A DNA stretch of 64,000 nucleotides from Nitrosopumilaceae archaeon. GTDB lineage: Archaea > Thermoproteota > Nitrososphaeria > Nitrososphaerales > Nitrosopumilaceae. Made by a program: the position numbers and the translations under genes. The number at the start of each line of letters is the position of its first letter. Position 1 is the stretch's first letter. Shown piece after piece: positions 37,547 through 48,544 of this stretch. The notes under the pieces were generated by a model. The model saw nothing but the letters and a program-made list of their open reading frames with translations, made no database searches and was not told the origin of the DNA. The stretch covers positions 32,001 to 96,000 of the forward strand of contig CBDBCR010000002.1 of the NCBI GenBank assembly GCA_965203465.1, written 5' to 3'.

Positions 37547-38055
37547 TGCCCGGCTTCGAGCGTCCCAGCTGGGACGAGTATTTCATGCTGCAGGCCGAGC
37601 TTGCAAAGCTGCGCTCCAACTGCGTCTCGCGCAAGGTCGGCGCGGTCATCGCGCGCGACCACCGGCAGCTGGCCACCGGCTACAACGGCACCCCGCCGGG
37701 CCTGCGCAACTGCTACGAGGGCGGCTGCGAGCGCTGCGCCATGAGGAAGGAGGGCAGGCTGGAGCCGGGCCAGTCCCTCGAGAGGTGCATGTGCACGCAC
37801 GCCGAGGCCAACGCGGTCATGCACTGCGCCATACTCGGCATAGAGGCCGGCAAGGGGGCGGTCATGTACACGACGCTCTCGCCGTGCATCGAGTGCACCA
37901 AACTGGCCCTCACCATAGGGGTGCGCCGCTTCGTCTGCCTCGGCGAGTACCCAGAGTCCTCGCGCGGCATGCTCGACGAGGCCGGCGCGACCCTCGAGGT
38001 GATGGACGGAGGGGCCGTGGCGCGCTGGGCCGCGCAGATATCGGGTGAATACTGA
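37543..38055 (+). CDS. dCMP deaminase
   Basis: RPSWDEYF, TGYNG, HAEAN, PCIEC. Confidence 0.94.
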   Translation: MMPGFERPSWDEYFMLQAELAKLRSNCVSRKVGAVIARDHRQLATGYNGTPPGLRNCYEGGCERCAMRKEGRLEPGQSLERCMCTHAEANAVMHCAILGIEAGKGAVMYTTLSPCIECTKLALTIGVRRFVCLGEYPESSRGMLDEAGATLEVMDGGAVARWAAQISGEY

Positions 38056-40535
38056 TGCGCGCGATGCTCGTCTCGGCCGCGTACAACGGGGCCTCGCGCA
38101 GGGCGGTCCTAAAGTTCTACGAGCCCGAATCTGGCAAGATAGTGCTGCGCGAGGACGAGACGGGCCACCTGCCGTACTGCTATTCGCGCCTGCCGCCCTC
38201 GGAGCTGGGCCACGTGGCCGGCAGGGACGACGTCAAGGGGATCGAGGAGGTCGAGCTGCTAGACATGTTCACCGGAAAAAAGGCAAAGATGACCAGGATT
38301 CGCGCGGCCGACCCGCTGGCCATCGGGGGCGCCTCGGAGCGCAGCATACGCAATACCATGGAGACGTGGGAATCGGACATAAAATACTACGAGACGTACC
38401 TGTACGACCGGCAGCTGGTGGTGGGCCGCCACTACGAGCTCGGCGAGGGCTCCATAACGCCCGTCTCGTCGGGCGTGCCGCCCGACGTGCGCGAGCGCCT
38501 CACCTCGCTGGAGCCGGGGGACATGGCCGACAGGGCCGAGTTCGAAGAGTACCTGCAAGAGTGGGCCGGCCTGCTCGGCGAGCCCATACCGGAGCTGCGC
38601 CGCGTGGCCGTAGACATAGAAGTCGAGGCCGAGGAGGGCAAGATACCAGATCCGAAAAAGGCCGAGCGGCGCGTGACCGCCGTCGGCCTCGCGGGCACGG
38701 GCGGATACGCGCGGATACTGGTGCTGAGGTCGGGCGCGCAGGCCGGAAAGCCGGACATGGACCTGGAGCCGGAATTCTACGACGACGAGAAAAAAATGAT
38801 CCTCGACGCCTTCGAGGCCATGGCCTCGTTCGCGTTCGTGCTCACCTACAACGGCGACGAGTTCGACCTGCCCTACATGTACAAGCGGGCGCACAACCTG
38901 GGCGTGCCCGACGAGCAGAACCCGCTGTACATGATGCGCGACTCGGCGACGCTAAAGCACGGCGTCCACATCGACCTGTACCGGACCGTATCGAACAGGT
39001 CGTTCCAGATATACGCGTTCGGCAACGCCTACTCGGATTTCAGCCTCGAGAGCGTCTCGCAGGCGCTGCTGGGCCGCGGCAAACAGGACTACGGGGTGGA
39101 CCTGGGCGAGCTGACGCTGCACCAGACGGCCAACTACTGCTACAACGACGCGCTGCTCACATACGATCTGACCGCCTTCGACGGCTCGCTGCTGATGAAC
39201 CTGCTGGTGGTCATCGCCCGCATAGGGCGCATGCCGGTAGACGACATCGCGCGCCTGGGCGTCTCGCAGTGGATACGCAGCCTCCTGTACTACGAGCACA
39301 GGAGGCGCGGGGCGCTCATACCGCGCCGCGAGGACCTCGAGGGGCACAGCGCGCAGGTCTCCGAGGACGCGGTCATAAAGAACAAAAAGTACCGGGGAGG
39401 GCTGGTGATGGATCCAAAGGAGGGCGTCCACTTTGACGTGACGGTCATGGACTTTGCCAGCCTGTACCCGAGCATCATAAAGGTGCGCAACCTGTCGTAC
39501 GAGACGGTGCGCTGCCCGCATCCGGGGTGCCGCTCCAACGCCATACCGCAGACCGAGCACTGGGTGTGCGCCGAGCGCAACGGCCTGACCGCGGTCCTGA
39601 TAGGATCGCTGCGCGACCTGCGCGTGGGCTACTACAAGAGCCTGGCGCGCGACCCGGGCATACCCGAGCAGCGGCGGCGCCAGTACACCGCCGTCAGCCA
39701 GGCCCTCAAGGTGATACTCAACGCCAGCTACGGCGTGATGGGCGCGGACATCTTCCCGCTGTACTTTCTGCCCGCCGCCGAGGCCACGACGGCCATAGGC
39801 AGGCACACCATACTGGAGACCATACGGGCGTGCGAGGGCGCCGGCATGGAGGTGCTCTACGGCGACACCGATTCGATATTCCTAAAGGGCCCGACGCGCG
39901 AGCAGATGGACTCGCTGGCAGAGACCGCAAAGCGCGAGCACGGCGTGGACCTGGAAGTCGACAAAGAGTACAGGTACGTGGTGCTCAGCAACCGCAAAAA
40001 GAACTACTTTGGTGTCACAAAGTCTGGCAGCGTGGACGTAAAGGGGCTGACCGGCAAAAAATCACACACGCCGCGGTTCATAAAGGCGCTCTTTTACGAC
40101 CTCGTGGGGGTGCTCTCGGGGGTGCAGGACGCCGACGGCTTCGAAAAGGCCCGGGCCGAGGTCAGCTCCCGCATAGCGGCGTGCGCCCTGCGCGTGCAGG
40201 AGCGCGACATACCCGTCGAGGACCTGGCGTACCGGTACACCCTGAGCAAGGATCCGTCAGAGTACCGCAAGACCATACCGCAGCACATACGGGCCGCCAA
40301 GATGCTCGAGCCTGCAAAAAAGCTGGGCAGGGGCGACACGGTGGCGTACATCAAGACGCTGGGCGGCGGGGTCAAGCCGCTCGAGCTGGCAAGGCAGGGC
40401 GACATCGACCCCTCAAAGTACGTGGAGTTCATAGAGTCGACGCTGGAGCAGATAGTCTCGTCGATGGACCTGGACTTTGACACGATACTGGGGAAACCGA
40501 AGCAGTCGGGACTAGACGAGTTCTTTTGGAAGTGA
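38055..40535 (+). CDS. polB: Family B DNA polymerase
   Basis: DIE, YNGDEFD, DFASLYPS, KVILNASYG, YGDTDS, C-terminal PIP box QSGLDEFF. Confidence 0.98.
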   Translation: MRAMLVSAAYNGASRRAVLKFYEPESGKIVLREDETGHLPYCYSRLPPSELGHVAGRDDVKGIEEVELLDMFTGKKAKMTRIRAADPLAIGGASERSIRNTMETWESDIKYYETYLYDRQLVVGRHYELGEGSITPVSSGVPPDVRERLTSLEPGDMADRAEFEEYLQEWAGLLGEPIPELRRVAVDIEVEAEEGKIPDPKKAERRVTAVGLAGTGGYARILVLRSGAQAGKPDMDLEPEFYDDEKKMILDAFEAMASFAFVLTYNGDEFDLPYMYKRAHNLGVPDEQNPLYMMRDSATLKHGVHIDLYRTVSNRSFQIYAFGNAYSDFSLESVSQALLGRGKQDYGVDLGELTLHQTANYCYNDALLTYDLTAFDGSLLMNLLVVIARIGRMPVDDIARLGVSQWIRSLLYYEHRRRGALIPRREDLEGHSAQVSEDAVIKNKKYRGGLVMDPKEGVHFDVTVMDFASLYPSIIKVRNLSYETVRCPHPGCRSNAIPQTEHWVCAERNGLTAVLIGSLRDLRVGYYKSLARDPGIPEQRRRQYTAVSQALKVILNASYGVMGADIFPLYFLPAAEATTAIGRHTILETIRACEGAGMEVLYGDTDSIFLKGPTREQMDSLAETAKREHGVDLEVDKEYRYVVLSNRKKNYFGVTKSGSVDVKGLTGKKSHTPRFIKALFYDLVGVLSGVQDADGFEKARAEVSSRIAACALRVQERDIPVEDLAYRYTLSKDPSEYRKTIPQHIRAAKMLEPAKKLGRGDTVAYIKTLGGGVKPLELARQGDIDPSKYVEFIESTLEQIVSSMDLDFDTILGKPKQSGLDEFFWK

Positions 40536-40567
40536 GGGTTATAAGGGCGCGCCGGCCCCGGCCGCGC

Positions 40568-41227
40568 GTGATAATAGTAAACTGCAAAAACTACGCAGAG
40601 GCATCCGGCCGCCGGCTGGGCTCGATAATGCGCGCGGCCGCCTCTGCAAAAAAGAGGCGCGGCGTGAGGGTGGCCGTGGCCCCGCCGCCGCCGCTGGCCG
40701 CCCTGTGCGCCGGGAAGGGCGCGCCGGTCCTGGCGCAGCACGCCGACTGCGCGCAGCCGGGCGGCACCACCGGGTACGCGGTGCCCGAGATCATGCGCGC
40801 CTGCGGGCTCTGGGGCTCGCTGGTAAACCACAGCGAGCGGCGCGTGCGGCCGGCCGAGATCGAATGCGCGGTCTCGCGCCTGCGCGGCCTGGGCCTGGTC
40901 TCGGTGGTCTGCGCCCGCACCGCGCGCGAGGCGAGGGCCGCCGCGCGCCTCAACCCCGACTACGTGGCCATAGAGCCGCCCGACCTGATAGGCTCGGGCA
41001 GGGCCGTATCGTCCGAGAGGCCGCAGCTGATAGAAGAGGCCGCGCGCGCCGTCTCGTCGGCCCGCACCGGGGCCAGGCTGCTGTGCGGGGCCGGCATCGT
41101 CTCGGGGCGCGACGCCGAAAGGGCTCGCGAGCTGGGCTCGTCGGGCGTGCTGGTAGCGAGCGGCGTGGTCAAGGCAAAGAGCCCCGCGCGCGCGATCGCC
41201 GAGCTGGCATCGGCGCTGTCCGGCTAG
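40568..41227 (+). CDS. tpiA: Triosephosphate isomerase (archaeal type)
   Basis: NCKNY, AQH, NHSER, EPPDLIG, GAGI. Confidence 0.95.
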   Translation: MIIVNCKNYAEASGRRLGSIMRAAASAKKRRGVRVAVAPPPPLAALCAGKGAPVLAQHADCAQPGGTTGYAVPEIMRACGLWGSLVNHSERRVRPAEIECAVSRLRGLGLVSVVCARTAREARAAARLNPDYVAIEPPDLIGSGRAVSSERPQLIEEAARAVSSARTGARLLCGAGIVSGRDAERARELGSSGVLVASGVVKAKSPARAIAELASALSG

Positions 41228-41610
41228 GAGCCCATCATGCCGACCATCTTCGGTGGCGTCCTGTAGGACTTGCTGACCATCAGGCCCTCGTCCGAACTCA
41301 CTATCACGAACGACATGGGGTTGCCCTCGGGCGGGGACACTATGATCTTCTGGCCCGGATCGAGCGAGCCGATCTCCTGCGAGTCGCCGCCGCCAAAGTT
41401 GACCTGCACGCCGGTCAGCCCGAGGGCGCCGGTGTTCTGGACCGTCACCCTGCCGGTCACGAAGAGGTTCTGTTCGTCTAGCAGCGCGTCTACGTAAAGG
41501 TCGTGGTCCTGCGTGGCTATGGCCACGTCGGCCATGTTGAGGACGATGACCCCCGAGACGGCCGCGATGGCCGCGCCTGCAAGCACGAGCAGGTACGTGT
41601 AGGCGGCCAC
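41224..41610 (-). CDS. Membrane-anchored beta-sandwich hypothetical protein
   Basis: N-terminal TM helix, VTVQNTG motif. Confidence 0.7.
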   Translation of the reverse strand: MAAYTYLLVLAGAAIAAVSGVIVLNMADVAIATQDHDLYVDALLDEQNLFVTGRVTVQNTGALGLTGVQVNFGGGDSQEIGSLDPGQKIIVSPPEGNPMSFVIVSSDEGLMVSKSYRTPPKMVGMMGS

Positions 41611-41697
41611 GCCTTTTGGGGGGGCCGCGCACATTAAAGACTTGCTGATCCGGGGCGGGCGCGCCTGCCGGAGATCTCTCGCCGCCCAAGCGCGAGC

Positions 41698-41967
41698 TTA
41701 GTCCTTGCCGTAGACTGACTTGTGATCGCAGACGCGCGTCAAGACTATCCGGTGGTGGTCGCGCTCGATCCTATAGATCATCCTGTCTGACTGGCCGATC
41801 TCGTACGCAAATGCGCGAGTCGACTTTTTGTAGCGGCCCATGACCGCGGGGTCGTCTGACTCTGCGAGATCCTTCATTGCTAGATCTACGCGAGATTGCC
41901 GTAGGCCGCCCATGTTCTTGTACTGGCGCACAAAAGTCTGTTTTTTAACAATTTTCCAATTGGCCGT
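41698..41967 (-). CDS. RelE/ParE-like toxin, start codon non-canonical or lost
   Basis: WKIVKKQTF...DRMIYRI...RVCDHKSVY; directly downstream of antitoxin-like gene. Confidence 0.75.
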   Translation of the reverse strand, partial: TANWKIVKKQTFVRQYKNMGGLRQSRVDLAMKDLAESDDPAVMGRYKKSTRAFAYEIGQSDRMIYRIERDHHRIVLTRVCDHKSVYGKD

Positions 41968-41982
41968 GGGATCTTTTCAGCC

Positions 41983-42231
41983 CTACTCTCTTTTCAAGTC
42001 TGCCAGCAGTTCCTCTACAGAAGAATACTCCTTTTCGTCGTCAGAATCGTAGGATTCAATGATGTCGAATACTTCTTCGGGGCTGAGATCGTCCTCGTGG
42101 AGCAAATCCAAGTATTGCTCAAAGTCCATAGTGCCTGCAAACTCCGACTTTAGAAAATACTCCCGTATGATGCCAAGCTTGTCCTCTGGAAGACTCGTGA
42201 ATGGGTTGGACACTTGACGCGTGCTTGACAT
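41983..42231 (-). CDS. Putative acidic antitoxin
   Basis: Acidic 82 aa ending YSSVEELLADL; own TTTATATA box. Confidence 0.7.
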   Translation of the reverse strand: MSSTRQVSNPFTSLPEDKLGIIREYFLKSEFAGTMDFEQYLDLLHEDDLSPEEVFDIIESYDSDDEKEYSSVEELLADLKRE

Positions 42232-42340
42232 GCTGTCTGGAGCCGGACATGGAATATATAAACACTCAAAATCGACCGAGATTCCGGCGCGCCACTGCGT
42301 CTTGCTAGCTCGATCGCAACGCTTGCCGCGGCCCGCGCGC

Positions 42341-42625
42341 TCAGGACCTGCTTACCTGCACGCCGCTCCAGAACGCTATCATGCCGGCTATCTGCGCCGC
42401 GCCGTCCTTGGGTTCGCGGTACGACCAGGCGCAGTCCTCGTTGGAGCGGCCGTCCACGGTGAGCGTATAGTAGGTGGCGGTCCCCTTGTAGCCGCACTGC
42501 GACCTGGTCTGGGTCTCTGCTAGCACGCCGGGCAGCACCGAATCTGCCGGAAAGTAGCAGTACCCGTCCACCTCGACGGTCCGATCGCTCTGGGCCACGA
42601 CACGGCCGTTCCAGGACGCCTTCAC
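42341..42625 (-). CDS. DUF427 protein
   Basis: WNG.VVA.S, YFP, CGYKGTATYY, AWSY..P. Confidence 0.9.
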   Translation of the reverse strand: MKASWNGRVVAQSDRTVEVDGYCYFPADSVLPGVLAETQTRSQCGYKGTATYYTLTVDGRSNEDCAWSYREPKDGAAQIAGMIAFWSGVQVSRS

Positions 42626-42651
42626 GCGGGCGCTTTCCGGGAGGGGCAATA

Positions 42652-43575
42652 TTAGTCGCACTGAATCGGGCCGCCGCCGGCCACGCGCACCGGCGAGGAT
42701 TCGGGGCGCAGGACCGCCACGGGCCCGCCCGCATAGACGACGGGTTTGTCGAACTCGAGGGAGAACGGATCGAGGGACTTTACGCGCGCGGCCCTCGACT
42801 GCAGGCCGCACACCGCGACGCACGCGAGGCCCTCGCGCAGGCCTCCCTTGTAGTACTTGGTGGGCTCAAAGTCCAGCACGGCCGACGAGAAGGTCGGGGG
42901 GAGCTCGCCGGAGCACAGCATGTCGCCGCGCTGCACCGTTGCTCCCTTTACGGCCAGCCCCACGCGCGCGGGCGCTGAGGCCTCCGCGACGGGATCGTCG
43001 TGCATCTGTATGGATCTTACCAGCACGTCGGCGCCGGCCGGCAGCAGCCTCAGCGTGTCGTGCTGCCGCACGGTGCCCGAGACCACCCTGCCGAGCACCA
43101 CCGTCCCGACGCTCTTTACGTCGAAGACGTGGTCTGCTGCCACGCGCGCGGGGCCGCCTTCGGCGCGCGCCCCCGCCCGCGCCCCCGCCCGCGCGACGGC
43201 CTCGCGCAGCCCGTCCGGCTCGGCCCTCGCGTACTTTTCAGCGACGGTGCCGCGCACCGCCGCTTCCAGCGCGCCCGGATCCACGGCCTCCGAATGGCAG
43301 AGTATGCCGCTCTTGGCGCCCATCAAGTCCAGGGCGATTATCTGCTCGCCTGCGAACCTGTCCAGGGAAGAGACGTACAGTATCGCGGCCTCTGACATGT
43401 TGATCGCGTAAAAGAGCGGCTGTATCTTTTCGGGGAATCCGGCCGGCGCCACAAAAGTCCTGAGCACCCCGCCTTCCTTGCGGTCGTACATGCGCAGATC
43501 CGTGCTGGTCCCCTTTTTGCCCAGGGACAGCGCGAGATCCGGCTCGCCGAGGAACGCAAAGTTGGCAGACTCCAC
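42652..43575 (-). CDS. EF-Tu/SelB-like protein (degenerate G domain plus domains II/III)
   Basis: LGKKGTSTD, DHVFDVKSVGTVVLG, VRSIQMHD. Confidence 0.85.
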   Translation of the reverse strand: MESANFAFLGEPDLALSLGKKGTSTDLRMYDRKEGGVLRTFVAPAGFPEKIQPLFYAINMSEAAILYVSSLDRFAGEQIIALDLMGAKSGILCHSEAVDPGALEAAVRGTVAEKYARAEPDGLREAVARAGARAGARAEGGPARVAADHVFDVKSVGTVVLGRVVSGTVRQHDTLRLLPAGADVLVRSIQMHDDPVAEASAPARVGLAVKGATVQRGDMLCSGELPPTFSSAVLDFEPTKYYKGGLREGLACVAVCGLQSRAARVKSLDPFSLEFDKPVVYAGGPVAVLRPESSPVRVAGGGPIQCD

Positions 43576-43689
43576 GGGCGCAGCGGCGCCCGGCGTGATT
43601 TAACCCATGGCTTGCACGATTTTACGCCTTTGGAACACCGGCGTGCAAGGCGCTCATGCCTTATATCGAGACCGCTTTGGGCCCTGTTC

Positions 43690-46600
43690 GTGAAATTCAC
43701 GCTAGCCGCGGCCGCAGCCTTGGCCATCATCGCTTCGCAGTCCGCCTTTGCCCAGAGCCAGGCCGACTTTGCAGGAGGGCTCGAAGAGGCGCTCGGCCAC
43801 TTCAAGGCCCTCGAGGACAACCTCGACGACGGAAACGCCGAACTTGCCCTGGTCCACGCCACGCACCCGATAGAGGAGCTCTACGAGGCCATGAAGCCGC
43901 AGCTTGCCTCTGCCGACCCGTCGCTCGACGCGCGCGTGCAGGCGGCGTTGCAGCAGCTGGGCCGGGACACCGGTTCCAACGTGTCGCGCGCCCAGGCGCA
44001 GGCCGCCATCGACGCGGCAAAGGAGATAATCGAGGTGGCCCGCACGGCCGTGGTGGGATCCGATCTCAGCGCGGATCCGGCGTTCAAGATAGACTTGGCA
44101 AAGGGGCTCTTGGAGACCTCGATAGCAGAGTACGGCGAAGCCGTAGAGAACGGCGCGATAACCAACATGCCCGAGTTCCAGGACGGCTCGGCCTTCGTCT
44201 GGAGGGCAGAGCAGATAACAATGACGCTCGGCTCCGAGGGCGAGGGCCTCTCGGAGGCATACGACGCGGTGAACGCGGCGTACGCGAGGACCGCCTCGCC
44301 TGCCGCGGTAGAATCGGCGACCAACGACCTGATGGACAAGCTCGACGCCCTGCACCAAAACCGGATAGACTTTGCCGGAGGGCTCGAAGAGGCGCTCGGG
44401 CCACTTCAAGGCCCTCGAGGACAACCTCAGGGAGGGCAACGCGGAGTTTGTCTTGGTCCACGCCACGCACCCGATAGAGGAGCTCTACGAGGCCATGAAG
44501 CCGCAGCTTGCCTCGGCCGACGTGGCGCTCGACTCGCGCGTGCAGGCCGTGCTAAAGCAGCTGGGCAGGGACACCGGCTCGAGCGTCTCGCGCACCGACG
44601 CCCAGTCCGCGGTCAACGCGGCAAAGGAGATAGTCGAGGAGGCGCGCACCGCCGTGGTCGGCGACTACCTGTCCGAAAAACCCGAGACCAAACTAAAGCT
44701 GATGCGCGGCCTCTTGGAGACTTCGGTGGCCGAGTACGGCGAGGCCGTCCAGGACGGCGCCATAGTCAACGTAGCAGAGTTCCAGGACGGCTCGGCGTTC
44801 GTGTGGAGGGCAGAGCGGATACTTGCCGGTATCGGCGACGCCCCCGCGATGGCCTCCGAGTTTGCCGCCGTAAAGGCGGCCTACGAGCAGCGCGTCGATC
44901 CGTCCGAGGTGGAGGCCCTTACCGCAAAGATAACCGACAAGATAGACTCGGTGGTCGGCTCGAACCAGACAGATCTTTCGGACTACGTATCGAACATACG
45001 CGCCATGCTCGAGCAGGCGCGCGCAGAGTACGCCGCCGGCAACACCGACGAGGCGCTCAGTCTGGCCACACGCGCCTACCTCGACAACTACGAGTTCCTA
45101 GAGGCGCCCCTGATACAGGCCGGCGAGCGCGAGCTGATGGAGGACGTGGAAATAATGATGCGCGAAGAGCTGCGCTCCATGATACGCAACGGCTCGGCGG
45201 CAGCGGCGGTCAGCTCCCAGATAGACTCGGTGCTGTCCGGAATGAACGACGTAGGGGCGGCGCTCGTGCCGTCGGGCGCCATGGCCATGACAGCCATGGT
45301 TTCCGGGCAGGATGCCGCCGACTTTGCCGGAGGGCTCGAAGAGGCGCTCGGCCACTTCAAGGCTCTGGAAGACAACCTCGACGACGGGGACGCGGACTCG
45401 GCGCTGATCCACGCCACGCACCCGATCGCAGAGCTGTACGACGCCATGAAGCCGCAGCTTGCCTCTGCCGACCCGTCGCTCGACGCGCGCGTGCAGGCGG
45501 CGTTGCAGCAGCTGGGCAGGGACACCGGCCCGGGCGTCTCGCGAGCACAGGCGCAGTCGGCGATAGATGCGGCAAAAGACGTCGTGGAAGTGGCCCGCAC
45601 GGCCGTGGTGGGCGACGAGCTCAGCGCGGATCCGGCGTTCAAGATAGACTTGGCAAAGGGGCTCTTGGAGACATCGATAGCAGAGTACGGCGAGGCCGTA
45701 GAGAACGGCACCATTGTGAACCTGCCCGAGTTCCAGGACGGCTCGGCGTTCGTGTGGAGGGCAGAGCAGATAACCATGACGCTCGGGCAAGAGGGCGCCG
45801 GCCTGTCGGGGGCGTACGATGCGGTGAACGAGGCGTACGCGAGGACCGCCTCGCCGGCCGAGGTGGAATCGGCGACCAACGACCTGATGGCGGAGCTTGA
45901 CGCCCTGCACCAAAACAGGATAGACTTTGCCGGAGGGCTGGAAGAGGCGCTCGGCCACTTCAAGGCTCTGGAAGACAACCTCGACGACGGGGACGCGGAC
46001 TCGGCGCTGATCCACGCCACGCACCCGATCGCAGAGCTGTACGAATCGATGAAGCCGCAGCTTGCCTCGGCCGATCCGGCGCTTGATCGGCGCGTGCAGG
46101 CCACGCTAGACCAGCTCGGAGACAAGACCGGCCCCGGCGTATCCAGAGCCGACGCCCAGACTGCCATAGACGCGGCAAAGGGCGTAGTGGAGACGGCCCG
46201 CACGACCGTGGTCGGCGACTATCTTTCCGAAAAGTCGGGAACCAAACTGATGCTCATGCGCGGCCTCTTGGAGACTTCGGTGGCCGAGTACGGCGAGGCC
46301 GTCGAGAACGGCGCGATAACCAACCTGCCCGAGTTCCAGGATGGCTCGGCTTTCGTGTGGAGGGCCGAGCAGATACTCGCCGATATCGACGACGCGCCGG
46401 CCATGTCGTCGGAGTTTGCCGCCGTAAAGGCGGCCTACGAGCAGCGCGTCGATCCGTCAGAGGTGGCGGATCTGACTGCAAAGATCACCGACAAGATAGA
46501 CTCCGTTGTGGGCTCCAGCGAGACGGGCCTTTCAGACTACATATCCAACATACGCGCCATGCTCGAGCAGGCGCGCGCAGAGTACGCCGCCGGCAACACC

Positions 46601-48436
46601 GACGAGGCGCTCAGCCTCGCCACAAAGGCGTACCTCGACAACTACGAGTTCCTAGAGGCGCCCCTGATACAGGCCGGCGAGCGCGAGCTGATGGAGGATG
46701 TGGAAATAATGATGCGCGAAGAGCTGCGCTCCATGATACGCAACGGCTCGGCGGCAGCGGCGGTCAGCTCCCAGATAGACTCGGTGCTGTCAGGAATGAA
46801 CGACGTAGGGGCGGCGCTCGTGCCGTCAGGCGCTTCCATGCAGGATGCCGCCGACTTTGCCGGAGGGCTCGAAGAGGCGCTCGGCCACTTCAAGGCTCTG
46901 GAAGACAACCTCGACGACGGGGACGCGGACTCGGCGCTGATCCACGCCACGCACCCGATCGCAGAGCTGTACGAATCGATGAAGCCGCAGCTTGCCTCTG
47001 CCGACCCGTCGCTCGACGCGCGCGTGCAGGCGGCGTTGCAGCAGCTGGGCAGGGACACCGGCCCGGGCGTCTCGCGAGCACAGGCGCAGTCGGCGATAGA
47101 TGCGGCAAAAGACGTCGTGGAAGTGGCGCGCACGGCCGTGGTGGGCGACGAGCTCAGCGCGGATCCGGCATTCAAGATAGACTTGGCAAAGGGCCTGCTC
47201 GTCACGTCGATAGCAGAGTACGGCGAGGCCGTGGAAAACGGCACCATAGTCAACCTGCCCGAGTTCCAGGACGGCTCGGCCTTCGTGTGGAGGGCCGAGC
47301 AGATAACCATGACGCTCGGGCAAGAGGGCGCCGGCCTGTCGGGGGCGTACGACGCGGTGAACGAGGCGTACGCGAGGACCGCCTCGCCTGCCGCGGTAGA
47401 ATCGGCGACCAACGACCTGATGGCGGAGCTTGACGCCCTGCACCAAAACAGGATAGACTTTGCCGGAGGGCTGGAAGAGGCGCTAGGCCACTTCAAGGCC
47501 CTCGAGGACAACCTCGACGACGGGGACGCGGACTCGGCGCTGATCCACGCCACGCACCCGATCGCAGAGCTGTACGAATCGATGAAGCCGCAGCTTGCCT
47601 CGGCCGACAGGGCGCTCGACGAGCGGGTACGGACGACGCTGAACCAGCTGGGCGACAAGACCGGCCCGGACGCGTCCAGGGCCGAGGCGCAGGCCGCGAT
47701 CGACGATGCAAGAGCGGTGGTGGAGACGGCCCGCACGACCGTGGTCGGCGACTATCTTTCCGAAAAGTCGGGGACCAAGCTGATGCTCATGCGCGGCCTC
47801 TTGGAGACTTCGGTGGCCGAGTACGGCGAGGCCGTCGAGAACGGCGCGATAACCAACCTGCCCGAGTTCCAGGACGGCTCGGCTTTCGTGTGGAGGGCCG
47901 AGCAGATACTAGCAGAGATCGACGACGCCCCCGCGATGGCCTCTGACTTTGCGGCCGTAAAGTCGGCCTACGATCAGCGCGTCGATCCCTCCAGAGTGGC
48001 CGACCTGACCGCGGCCATAACGGACAAGATAGACTCGGTGGTCGGCTCGAGCCAGGCCGACCTCTTGGACTACGTGGCCAACATACGCGATCTGCTAGAG
48101 GAGGCGCGCACCGAATACGCCGCCGGCAACACCGACGAGGCGCTCAGCCTCGCCACCAAGGCGTACCTCGACAACTACGAGTTCCTAGAGGCGCCCCTGA
48201 TACAGGCCGGCGAGCGCGAGCTGATGGAAGAAGTCGAGATAATGATCCGCGAAGAGCTGCGCTCCATGATCCGCGAGGGGGCGCCGGCCGACGAGGTCAG
48301 CTCCCAGATAGACACGATACTGATCAGGATGGACACCGTCGCCCAGATAGTGCCAGAGTTCGGCGTCATGGCCGCCCTGGTGATGGCCTCGGCTACGGCC
48401 GCGGCGGTGGGCATCGGCGCCCGCCGCAGGTTCTAG
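43690..48436 (+). CDS. Secreted PEFG-CTERM repeat protein, putative metal/iron binding; +1 frameshift at 44398-44400
   Basis: Signal peptide, six HATHP domains, three YLDNYEFLE domains, C-terminal VPEFG-TM-RRR. Confidence 0.82.
43765..48345 (+). repeat. Three ~1.54-kb tandem units (A-A'-B)
   Basis: GACTTTGC(A/C)GGAGGGCT starts near 43765, 44368, 45320, 45923, 46853, 47456. Confidence 0.92.
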
Positions 48437-48544
48437 CCCGCGGGCCGGCCGCCTGCAAACCCGCAGCGGGGCGGCCGCGCCTTGTGTTTTGAATTCGAAG
48501 CGGATCCCGAAGAATTGCCGGTCGCGCGCGGCCCGGGGCGCGCC

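Noticed and set aside
35960-41227. Helicase-dCMP deaminase-PolB block as an integrated virus or casposon
   Set aside because: PolB is the cellular type with a PIP box, followed by tpiA; no integrase, Cas1, capsid gene or terminal repeats
42652-43575. SelB implying selenocysteine decoding
   Set aside because: The G domain is degenerate, and no selenoprotein or SECIS evidence was seen
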